Virus record (IMG/VR): IMGVR_UViG_3300043786_000977
Location: 1-64,000 of that record
DNA length: 64,000 bases
Reading direction: 5' to 3' (one strand)
Shown one piece after another: positions 39,554 to 47,888 of this stretch. A program made the translations under genes and the position numbers. How positions within the stretch are numbered: position 1 is the stretch's first letter; each line of letters starts with the position of its first letter. The notes under the pieces were generated by a model. That model was not told the DNA's origin, did not search any database, and saw only the letters and a list, made by a program, of their open reading frames with translations.

Positions 39554-40302
39554 TGACACGTACGCCAGAGTGGTTAAACGCAAACCGATACCGCCGGTAC
39601 CCATTCCGTGACGACACGAACTTGACCTGTACCGGGAGCCGGGCGTTGTCGAACGATGTGCTCCTAGATTGTCGCCTGGTCAGTTGTACGCGTGCACAGG
39701 CTGCGTTGTCGTTATTGGATGTTGAAGTTACGACCGGTCAGGCCTCTTTACTGTTTGCTTTCGGTTATGACAATTGCCTGTTCTGTGTGACTGTACCCGC
39801 CGCAGCTAGTTACCCGTATACGGTAACAGGTAGTTCGCTCGGACTGCAGTATACCCTTATCTTCGGCGAGGGCTGTAAGACGTTACTGGCATGGCCTGTG
39901 GGTATGTACAACCTGATAGAGTCGCCAGTCTTGCAGCCGGCCCTTACCGTGGTCCAGGACCGCCATCGTGTCGATACCGTGCGTGCCACGGGTGAAGGAC
40001 AAACAACGTTGTCCGGGCTTGTGTACATCGAACCGGGATATAACTGCGAACCAGTGGTCATGCCCAACAAGATCCGGTTATCGGCTGGTTTAGGTTACGG
40101 TGCAGGTCGTTATTGTAATTCACTCAGCGATGCTGTAAGATCTTGTGCTGAAGCCATCCTTTGGGTAAACGGACAGAACGCAGATGAAGCCGGTAACTTG
40201 CCCCTTGTCGGTGGCCCTGGTGTTGAGGTTGAAAGCCAACCTGATCAGAATCGAGTCGTGATACGTGGTAATACGTTACTAGAACAGACGAAGTGTGGAT
40301 AA
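39550..40302 (+). CDS. Tail-associated paralogue 5 (EWLNANRYRRYPF)
   Basis: Shared motif; C-terminal VNGQNADEAGNLPL. Confidence 0.6.
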   Translation: MMTRTPEWLNANRYRRYPFRDDTNLTCTGSRALSNDVLLDCRLVSCTRAQAALSLLDVEVTTGQASLLFAFGYDNCLFCVTVPAAASYPYTVTGSSLGLQYTLIFGEGCKTLLAWPVGMYNLIESPVLQPALTVVQDRHRVDTVRATGEGQTTLSGLVYIEPGYNCEPVVMPNKIRLSAGLGYGAGRYCNSLSDAVRSCAEAILWVNGQNADEAGNLPLVGGPGVEVESQPDQNRVVIRGNTLLEQTKCG

Positions 40303-42898
40303 TATGCGTGATCCTTTTCAAATGTCAGGTGATTGCCCGGTACTGGTCGTCGATCTCGGTATCCTGGAGAATCTGCCGATTTGCAGTATTCCTGGGTTCA
40401 CGAGTCCAACACACGCGATTCGGTTACCCGAACTAAACCCACCAGATATTGCAGCGCCGGATATCTGTTTCTGTATTAGTGTGGACGTACAAACCTCGAA
40501 GAACTATTTGGTTAATTCCTTCAGTGGACGCTGGTCACGTAAGACTGATGACTGTTGCGACGCGCAGTACAACCTGTCACTCAATCTAGATGTACCCTGT
40601 ATGCCGTTGAGCGTAGCAGCATCCCAAGCTGTCAAGATCACAACTGACACAGTGCCATATTTGAACGTCACACTCGGCAAGACTGCCACTGCCCCGGAGT
40701 GCGCCCTGAGTTTGTTCGTTTCGCTCGACATCCCTTGCATGCCCTTGAGTGTCAGGGTTTCCCATACAGTTGCGTTGAAAGATACCGCCGTACCACATCT
40801 TAAGGTTGACTTTGGCAAGACGGGTACTGCTTCTGTATGTGCTTTAAGCCTGTTCGTCTCTCTTGACATTCCGTGTATGCCCCTGAGTGTCAGGGTTTCC
40901 CATACAGTTGCGTTGAAAGACACCACCGTACCACATCTGCGGGTAGACTTCGGTAAGACCGCAACTGCCTCTGAGTGTGCTTTAAGCTTGTTTGTCTCGT
41001 TGGATATACCTTGCATGCCCTTGAGCGTCAGGGTATCGAAGACTGTCGCACTGACAGACGACATAGAACCACACCTCCGGGTGGACTTCGGGAAAACAGG
41101 CACTGCGTCGGAATGTGCGTTGAGTTTGTTTGTCTCGTTGGATATACCTTGCATGCCCTTGAGCGTTAGGGTCTCGAAGACCGTTGCGTTAACAGATGAC
41201 GCGGCGCCACATCTTAAGGTTGACTTCGGCAAGACTGGAACAGCTTCTGAATGTGCTCTGAGTTTGTTTGTCTCGCTCGACATTCCGTGTATGCCTTTAA
41301 GCGTCAAGGTCTCACATAATGTGGCGTTGACAGACGACGTAGAACCACATCTGCGGGTAGACTTCGGCAAGACTGGTACTGCCTCGGAGTGCGCGCTGAG
41401 TTTGTTTATTTCCCTAGACATCCCTTGTATGCCTTTAAGCGTCAGGGTATCGCACACCGTCGCATTGAAAGATACCGACGAGCCGCACCTACGTGTAGAC
41501 TTCGGTAAGACCGCAACTGCCTCAGAGTGTGCGCTGAGTTTGTTTATCTCCCTAGACATCCCCTGCATGCCTCTGAGCGTCAAGGTCTCACATAATGTGG
41601 CGTTGACAGACGACGTAGAACCGCATCTTCGGATTGACTTCGGGAAAACCGGAACAGCCTCTGAATGTGCGCTTAGTCTGTTCGTCTCGCTCGACATTCC
41701 GTGTATGCCCCTGAGCGTCCGGGTCTCGAAGACCGTCGTACTGACGGATGCCGTCGAACCGCACCTCCGGGTAGACTTCGGGAAGACCGGAACAGCTTCC
41801 GAATGTGCTCTCAGCCTGTTCGTCTCTCTCGACATTCCGTGTATGCCTTTAAGTGTCAGGGTCTCCCACACTATAGGGTTAACAGACGACGCAGAACCGC
41901 ACCTCCGGGTAGACTTCGGGAAGACCGGAACAGCTTCCGAATGTGCTCTCAGCCTGTTCGTCTCTCTCGACATTCCGTGTATGCCGCTGAGTGTCAGGGT
42001 ATCGAAGACTGTCACGTTGACCAATGACACCGAACCGCATCTGCAGGTAGACTTCGGGAAAACAGGTACTGCCTCGGAGTGCACGTTGAGCCTGTTCATT
42101 TCCCTAGACATACCCTGTATGCCCTTGAGTGTTACCGTATCACACACTGTTGCGTTGACCAATGACACTGAACCGCACCTACGGGTGGACTTCGGTAAAA
42201 CAGGTACTGCCTCGGAGTGTAAGTTGAGTCTGTTCGTCTCGCTCGACATCCCTTGCATGCCGTTGAGTATTACAGCAGATCAGGCCGTACAGATTACGAA
42301 CAGTGTAGCACCGTATTTGAACGTCGCACTCGGTAAGACTGGAACTGCTTCTGACTGCACGTTGAGTTTGTTCGTCTCGCTTGATATACCCTGTATGCCG
42401 TTCAGCATCGGTCCCGCGTGGGATCAGACAGATGTCCCGTTCGGTAGCAACGGCCTATTCAACATTAACCTCCAATTGGTTAAGACCAATAAGCAACTGC
42501 GCATATCTGGTACCCTGGGTATTACCGAGGACGACTGTTGCACGCCAACCCCATGGGCGCCCTCAATCATCGGCAGTACCCTTACTATTGCCAACCCTAT
42601 CTACCTCCGTTCGCCGAAATATTTTGTCCCTGCAGATCTTACCTATAGTTTGGTGGTGAGTGATGGTGCTGGCGATTACTACTGTGGCGTCAAGATCAAT
42701 GTCATTAACGGCACTATCGATCCCACGCTTCTCATATCCAAGACGCTTTCTGACGTCGTCTACACTAGTCTCGCTGCGGCTCACGCTGACGCCGACTACA
42801 TGCGACTGCTCGTCTGTGTCGTTACTTACGATGCAGTAAACTTTACAATTAAACTACGCTGCATCAACAGCGTACCGGAGTTGGGTAACTACGCTTAA
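40295..42898 (+). CDS. Cys-containing repeat protein, putative fibre shaft
   Basis: 867 aa with 13 tandem 46-aa units; start at 40295 (GTG) or 40304 (ATG). Confidence 0.7.
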   Translation: MDNMRDPFQMSGDCPVLVVDLGILENLPICSIPGFTSPTHAIRLPELNPPDIAAPDICFCISVDVQTSKNYLVNSFSGRWSRKTDDCCDAQYNLSLNLDVPCMPLSVAASQAVKITTDTVPYLNVTLGKTATAPECALSLFVSLDIPCMPLSVRVSHTVALKDTAVPHLKVDFGKTGTASVCALSLFVSLDIPCMPLSVRVSHTVALKDTTVPHLRVDFGKTATASECALSLFVSLDIPCMPLSVRVSKTVALTDDIEPHLRVDFGKTGTASECALSLFVSLDIPCMPLSVRVSKTVALTDDAAPHLKVDFGKTGTASECALSLFVSLDIPCMPLSVKVSHNVALTDDVEPHLRVDFGKTGTASECALSLFISLDIPCMPLSVRVSHTVALKDTDEPHLRVDFGKTATASECALSLFISLDIPCMPLSVKVSHNVALTDDVEPHLRIDFGKTGTASECALSLFVSLDIPCMPLSVRVSKTVVLTDAVEPHLRVDFGKTGTASECALSLFVSLDIPCMPLSVRVSHTIGLTDDAEPHLRVDFGKTGTASECALSLFVSLDIPCMPLSVRVSKTVTLTNDTEPHLQVDFGKTGTASECTLSLFISLDIPCMPLSVTVSHTVALTNDTEPHLRVDFGKTGTASECKLSLFVSLDIPCMPLSITADQAVQITNSVAPYLNVALGKTGTASDCTLSLFVSLDIPCMPFSIGPAWDQTDVPFGSNGLFNINLQLVKTNKQLRISGTLGITEDDCCTPTPWAPSIIGSTLTIANPIYLRSPKYFVPADLTYSLVVSDGAGDYYCGVKINVINGTIDPTLLISKTLSDVVYTSLAAAHADADYMRLLVCVVTYDAVNFTIKLRCINSVPELGNYA
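40586..42400 (+). repeat. 13 full plus 1 partial tandem 138-bp coding repeats
   Basis: Unit LDIPCMPLSVRVSxTVALxDxxEPHLRVDFGKTGTASECALSLFVS; variation is mostly synonymous. Confidence 0.95.
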
Positions 42899-42910
42899 CA
42901 AGGGGATATT

Positions 42911-44818
42911 ATGACTGTTCGACAATATGCCGCAAGTGTGGTGATCAGTGCGGGTATCGCAATAACTGGCGTTATGTGGTATCAGAACCGTATGCCTTAT
43001 ATAGCTGGTGAGGATATTGCGGCACTAACTGCTGATGCCTATACTGTGCGTAGTGTTGTGATAAGCCCTGCTATTCGACAAGGTTATATGAGAGATGCAT
43101 GGACATACGGGAATGAAGATTATTGGTATCCCGGTGCTCCCGGTACTTGGGACTGGGTTTACAAACAGGTAGGCGAGACAACTATTACTGTGTTCAGAGC
43201 GTCATCTGATATTCAGAATTTATGTGCATTGGTGCAAGATTGTTTCATAGACGCAGATGCACCGGGCGCCCTTTTGGGAGGGACTTATCAGCGTTATTAT
43301 CTAGACCCCCGTTGCCTAAGCGGGGCGGCTGACGAATTGACAATGAAAATAACCCCACAATGGTCTAACACCCCAACATATACGTTATACATACCCGCCG
43401 GGAATTATAAGACAAACATAGTATTTTCAGGGACTATAACCAACATTGATGCTGATGGCGTAACACTATTAGATAGGATGACTACAGGGACTAATAAGTT
43501 TGGTGCACCGTCCGTTTATCTTTTTAGCGCCGCAGTAAATACGCCAATAAGCAGACTAGGCAGTATTTACAGGACGCCTCCACCCGTTTGGCCAGATATG
43601 ACGAGGTTTGATGGAAGGCAGAACTACACCGCATTTACAAACCGCCTGAATGGTTGCGCATCGTGGTGGACGTATGCAGGTATCTCACCTATATCCTATA
43701 TGCTGGAGCCACTCGAAGTATTGCGAGTTACTGATTGTAATCCTGTAAATCTGTCCTACGCATATATTGACTGGCGCAGTTACGAACTAGGGAAGAGTCC
43801 AGATAAAACGTTTACAGACCCCGGGGTTGGTGTCAGTGTGCGTCCAACTGCGTTTATAACGACAAACGGACTCAATGTTATCAGAAAAGTTCTGACGAAT
43901 ATGGTTAGAACTGTTGAATTCTCGCCAGTGTGTGTTGGCACAAATATAACATTCACGCATACAGCAACATACGGTGTAGAGTCTACCAATGGGTTTAGTA
44001 ATTCAGACCCAATCAACTACATTCCATTGGTGACTAATACACTTACTGCAAGCACAAATGCGTTGACTACCACGCTAACTGGGTATCAATTTTATTCTGC
44101 GGAGGAACGGTTATACAATCGACTTTACAAATATCCGTGGGCACCGACAAATTATGTGAGTTCTGCAGATTCGTCTGTGATCTGGACGCATTATAGTTTC
44201 TCACCTACTAATATCCCAATCTCGATGTATACGAACGGATTTGTTAAACGTGTTAGATTTTATGTTACCTGTGACTCGACTACTCCGATGCTCTGGTATC
44301 CACGGCTTAGTGTGTATTCCGACGCTGAAGTTACTTTAACTGGATTAACAGCGTATACCCGTGCAAGGCTGAACGAATACGAGTCCTATACTAATGACTA
44401 TCCGATAGTTGTAAATAATATGTTGGCTGATATAATGCCTGTTGGTGTCCCTAGTGACAATTACCGTTCTTGGGTATGGGTTACAGCTTTGAGTAATAGG
44501 GGGAAAAGTTTTGACAACTTCGCAACCAACCAGATATGGAACCTAATTGGTGATACGACTAACACACTGACAACCCCTGTATTTACGTTTACTAATGGGA
44601 AGTCCCAACTAGGTGATGTATCATTCAGAACGCCTACACAAATGGTAGAGGCGACAGGCCCAGAGATTGATCTTAAGTATCTAAAGGCTTATTGGCTATA
44701 CCACAAAATGCAAATAATGAAGACTATGATGGTAGTTGACTGGAATATCCCATTAATGAGCAATGGGGGCACGAATGTGTATACCCCTGCGTGGGCTACA
44801 ACCAACTCGGTGCCCTGA
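42911..44818 (+). CDS. T-N-rich, aromatic-rich protein with N-terminal hydrophobic segment (putative exported or receptor-binding protein)
   Basis: 635 aa; AASVVISAGIAITGVMWY at the N-terminus; about 19 TN dipeptides; visibly more AT-rich than flanking genes. Confidence 0.6.
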   Translation: MTVRQYAASVVISAGIAITGVMWYQNRMPYIAGEDIAALTADAYTVRSVVISPAIRQGYMRDAWTYGNEDYWYPGAPGTWDWVYKQVGETTITVFRASSDIQNLCALVQDCFIDADAPGALLGGTYQRYYLDPRCLSGAADELTMKITPQWSNTPTYTLYIPAGNYKTNIVFSGTITNIDADGVTLLDRMTTGTNKFGAPSVYLFSAAVNTPISRLGSIYRTPPPVWPDMTRFDGRQNYTAFTNRLNGCASWWTYAGISPISYMLEPLEVLRVTDCNPVNLSYAYIDWRSYELGKSPDKTFTDPGVGVSVRPTAFITTNGLNVIRKVLTNMVRTVEFSPVCVGTNITFTHTATYGVESTNGFSNSDPINYIPLVTNTLTASTNALTTTLTGYQFYSAEERLYNRLYKYPWAPTNYVSSADSSVIWTHYSFSPTNIPISMYTNGFVKRVRFYVTCDSTTPMLWYPRLSVYSDAEVTLTGLTAYTRARLNEYESYTNDYPIVVNNMLADIMPVGVPSDNYRSWVWVTALSNRGKSFDNFATNQIWNLIGDTTNTLTTPVFTFTNGKSQLGDVSFRTPTQMVEATGPEIDLKYLKAYWLYHKMQIMKTMMVVDWNIPLMSNGGTNVYTPAWATTNSVP

Positions 44819-44824
44819 ATGCGG

Positions 44825-44852
44825 TTGCAAGATCCAGAGAATCATGTATAAT
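44825..44852 (+). promoter_or_regulatory. Candidate sigma-70-type promoter
   Basis: TTGCAA-N16-TATAAT in the intergenic gap. Confidence 0.5.
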
Positions 44853-44875
44853 TAGAGTCGTAACTAGGAGACTTG

Positions 44876-45274
44876 ATGAGTGCAACACTGACAGTTGAGT
44901 ATCATAAATCATCAGAACAAAAGTCGTTGTTCGGCTTTGCTCTGCGTGTTGTCGTTACCAATGCAGTCGATATGCCTGCAGAGGTCTTCATCTTCCAACG
45001 TGGTGCCACGCCGGCACCCGCTATTGGTGAAACCGTGCGCGACGGGTTCGTTGCCATCGCCGATCCTGTTGATCTGGAGGAGTTACCTGTGGGCGCCCCG
45101 GACCTGGCGAATGAGATTCCCTACTATCGGCTAGCGGAAGTCACACTGGCATTCCGCAGTATGCTCGATCTGGAAGACACGCGACAGTTGATCGCTAACG
45201 ATCTACAGATGCTTGTGCATTCGCTACAGGCAATGGATACATTTGAACTGACTGATACTGTAACGTACGAATGA
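44876..45274 (+). CDS. Hypothetical protein
   Basis: AGGAG RBS, 132 aa. Confidence 0.7.
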   Translation: MSATLTVEYHKSSEQKSLFGFALRVVVTNAVDMPAEVFIFQRGATPAPAIGETVRDGFVAIADPVDLEELPVGAPDLANEIPYYRLAEVTLAFRSMLDLEDTRQLIANDLQMLVHSLQAMDTFELTDTVTYE

Positions 45275-45281
45275 GGTACCC

Positions 45282-45617
45282 ATGTCGACTGAAGTTACTG
45301 CCGTGAGACCTACGATATTGAGTCAGAGCCACGTGAGTCGTGCGATAAGCGATTCACGCTTCTACGAACTGCTGCCTGAGTTTCGCAGTCTACAGGTCAA
45401 ACTCCAGACTATGAAGGTCAATCTGTCAGCATCAGGTGGTTGCGGTGGTTGCCGTCAAAGACGGGCAGTCTCCAATCTATTCAACGATTTCCTAACAATC
45501 GCGTTTGCATTGAGCGATGACGGGAAGGCGCGGCTCAAGACGTACCTTGGAGCGCAGCAGCTAATGGTCAATCGTACGGATCCCGTAACACGACAAGTAC
45601 AACTACGTACTCTGTAG
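45282..45617 (+). CDS. Hypothetical protein with CxxC (GCGGC)
   Basis: GAGG RBS, 111 aa. Confidence 0.7.
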   Translation: MSTEVTAVRPTILSQSHVSRAISDSRFYELLPEFRSLQVKLQTMKVNLSASGGCGGCRQRRAVSNLFNDFLTIAFALSDDGKARLKTYLGAQQLMVNRTDPVTRQVQLRTL

Positions 45618-45625
45618 GAGGTTTC

Positions 45626-46618
45626 ATGAATACAAGTGATCGCATACCACTGATCCCGCCCACGCGGGTTAAGATTGCCGTCTCGATTCTGTCCGAGACA
45701 CAAGACTATAATCACCGTCTAATGAACATTCCGGCGATGTGGCGTAGTACACGCGGCGCTGGCGTCAAGGTCGCTATTCTGGATACAGGTCTGCCTAAGC
45801 ATGTCGATCTGTTACCCTCCGGTGGTAAGAGTTTTATTGAAGGGTATCTGCTCGATACAAACGGGCATAGTACACACTGCGGTGGTATTATCGCAGCAAC
45901 CGCCAATAACAATATGGGTGTGATGGGCATTGCACCGGACGTTGAAGACTGGTACGGGGCAGTCCTGGATGGTGATGGTCAAGGTAGTATTGATTCCATT
46001 ATCAACGGCATTCGGTGGGCTGTAGACGTTGTTGGCGCCGACATCATCAGTATGAGTCTAGGTATACCGGCCAATGCACGCTACGAACGAGCACTGGAAG
46101 CAGTGTGCCAGTATGCTGTGAACCAGGGCGTCGCAATATTTGCCGCGGCTGGCAACGAGTACGGTGCTGTGGGTCAGCCCGCGCAATACGATTGCGTATA
46201 CGCGGTTGCCGCAATCGATAAGAACTTCACACCAGCAGATTTCTCGAATCGGGGACAGTCAGTCGACTTTGCGGCCGGCGGTGTAGACGTCTTTTCGACC
46301 TACCTTAACGATACGTACGCCAAGTTGAGTGGTACGTCTATGGCTACTCCTGCACTCGTGGGTGTCGCAGCACTCATTCTCAGCGACGCCAGGCAGGGCG
46401 CACAGCCCCGTAAACTGACACCGGCTGAGTTGGGCGCCAAACTACGGAAGATAGCATTTGACGTCGGGCCTGCTGGCGTAGACGATGCGACAGGTATCGG
46501 AATTCCTGTCTTCCAGTCGTCAGGTACCGAACCCGTCGTACCACCTGTGGTAGTCCCGGGCTATCCGACTCACCGGCCCTGGTGGCAATACCTGTGGCCT
46601 GGTTATTGGTGTCTCTGA
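45626..46618 (+). CDS. Subtilisin-family (S8) serine protease
   Basis: Catalytic motifs VAILDTG, NGHSTHCGG and SGTSMATP; oxyanion AAAGN; AGGAGG RBS. Confidence 0.92.
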   Translation: MNTSDRIPLIPPTRVKIAVSILSETQDYNHRLMNIPAMWRSTRGAGVKVAILDTGLPKHVDLLPSGGKSFIEGYLLDTNGHSTHCGGIIAATANNNMGVMGIAPDVEDWYGAVLDGDGQGSIDSIINGIRWAVDVVGADIISMSLGIPANARYERALEAVCQYAVNQGVAIFAAAGNEYGAVGQPAQYDCVYAVAAIDKNFTPADFSNRGQSVDFAAGGVDVFSTYLNDTYAKLSGTSMATPALVGVAALILSDARQGAQPRKLTPAELGAKLRKIAFDVGPAGVDDATGIGIPVFQSSGTEPVVPPVVVPGYPTHRPWWQYLWPGYWCL

Positions 46619-46626
46619 GAAGGTAC

Positions 46627-46655
46627 TTGACACAAGTGCGACATTATGTCACAGT
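46627..46655 (+). promoter_or_regulatory. Candidate promoter with overlapping palindromic operator
   Basis: TTGACA-N17-CACAGT with extended TG; inverted repeat tgcgacat-t-atgtcaca at 46637-46653. Confidence 0.4.
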
Positions 46656-46660
46656 ACATA

Positions 46661-46765
46661 ACCAGATGAAAGCCGCGAAGGATCTTCCGGCCGAGTCTGG
46701 TCTTGCCCGAGGCCTGATACTCCTTCTTGCGAGGGGTGGTAGTAACCCTGCCACCCCTTCTTAAT
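46661..46765 (+). ncRNA. Candidate small structured RNA (about 100 nt)
   Basis: Long hairpin accaga..gccg..gaag/cttc..cggc..tctggt at the expected start site, ending in a terminator-like hairpin. Confidence 0.3.
46731..46765 (+). terminator. Terminator-like hairpin
   Basis: gaggggtggtag-taacc-ctgccaccccttc then ttaatt. Confidence 0.6.
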
Positions 46766-46839
46766 TCCCTGGGTGTTTGTGTTATAACATAATAGTTGAT
46801 CAGGGTATTTAGTATCTAAACGTAACAGGGAGGAATCAA

Positions 46840-47205
46840 ATGGGTATCGGCAGTGTGTTCCGCGGGTTGTCGAAATTCTTCAACGCACAGCATCGGCGCG
46901 CAGTGACTGGGCCGGAGGCACGGTATCTGCCCGCATCCGAGCCTCAACCGGCGCTGCCCGCGCATCTGGTGTCGCAGGTCGCACCAGAAGATGGTGCGCC
47001 GCCGCTCGCCGCGCAACAGGAGGCTGCGACGCCTGTCAAGAAGCGGCACTCGGGCCGGCGGAGCGCGAAGGGCGTACAGACCCTCCGCGGCTGGTTCAGC
47101 CCGTTCGACGTGTTCATTGCACACAAGATGGGCATGCGTAAGGACGCCATCCGTGCTCTCTGGGGAGAGCAGGCTGCCGGGTGGGCAACGAGTGGTGGAC
47201 GATAA
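46840..47205 (+). CDS. Small basic hypothetical protein, GC-rich gene
   Basis: GGGAGG RBS, 121 aa, flanked by non-coding structured regions. Confidence 0.6.
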   Translation: MGIGSVFRGLSKFFNAQHRRAVTGPEARYLPASEPQPALPAHLVSQVAPEDGAPPLAAQQEAATPVKKRHSGRRSAKGVQTLRGWFSPFDVFIAHKMGMRKDAIRALWGEQAAGWATSGGR

Positions 47206-47298
47206 CGACGTGTATCTGGCTCACGCGTTAACCGATAAGCTGTGGACACGATCTGCAACGACTTACCGGGGGCTGGGGGCTGCTCCGCTGCATGAGTA

Positions 47299-47390
47299 CC
47301 CGAAATAAAATCGGGGCTGTGCACTCGACAGCAAGCGCTGACCTCTTCGGGGGTTAGTGCGGGAGAATCCCCGCGTGGGAATTCTCTTTA
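47299..47390 (+). other. Cluster of four consecutive hairpins, including a cUUCGg tetraloop stem
   Basis: cccga/tcggg; gctgt/acagc; gcgctgacctc-ttcg-ggggttagtgc; gagaatccc/gggaattctc followed by ttt. Confidence 0.55.
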
Positions 47391-47394
47391 GCTA

Positions 47395-47424
47395 TTGCAG
47401 TCGTATGGCACGATAAGCTATACT
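47395..47424 (+). promoter_or_regulatory. Candidate sigma-70-type promoter
   Basis: TTGCAG-N18-TATACT ending 24 bp before ATG 47448. Confidence 0.5.
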
Positions 47425-47447
47425 AGGTTTGAAAGTGGAGGTGTGTT

Positions 47448-47888
47448 ATGTTTTTACCCATAAGACCGATAGGCGTGAACACGCCGAATCCGGAGGATCG
47501 CATGCCGATATGGCAGGTGATCAATGGTGATGATTGGTCGCTTAACACACGGGTCTATATTCCACCTGCACTAACCACACCCGCAACGCCAGACAACAGT
47601 CGTGTGATCTTTGTCTTGGCCCAGGATCGTTTTAGCAAGACACCTATCTGGACCGCCCGTTGGTTGGACGGTATTCTTGAAGCAGACAAAATCAATCATC
47701 CCGGTTTGATCAGCGTACGTATCCCAGATGATATTACGAGTACACTGCGGCGTGGTGCGTACGCCTTTTCGCTGACTGTGGCAGACAGTTTCGGACGGCA
47801 CACGGTGACAGTGTTGACTGGCGCCATTCAAGTGGAATACGAGCCCACGTCACCTTTGCATAACATCCCGTATAGGAGAGATTCATGA
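47448..47888 (+). CDS. Hypothetical beta-rich (Ig-like?) protein
   Basis: GGAGG RBS; GDDW...GLISVRIP..T..L..GAY.F pattern. Confidence 0.6.
   Translation: MFLPIRPIGVNTPNPEDRMPIWQVINGDDWSLNTRVYIPPALTTPATPDNSRVIFVLAQDRFSKTPIWTARWLDGILEADKINHPGLISVRIPDDITSTLRRGAYAFSLTVADSFGRHTVTVLTGAIQVEYEPTSPLHNIPYRRDS

Noticed and set aside
40504-42258. 584-aa antisense ORF
   Set aside because: Shadow of the 138-bp coding repeat: one stop-free unit repeated gives a long ORF. Variation is synonymous in the + frame.
42911-44818. Diversity-generating retroelement target
   Set aside because: No reverse transcriptase and no adenine-mismatched template/variable repeat pair seen in the window.
46661-46702. Hammerhead ribozyme
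   Set aside because: The core would need CUGAUGA and GAAA; the sequence has CAGAUGA and GAGU.
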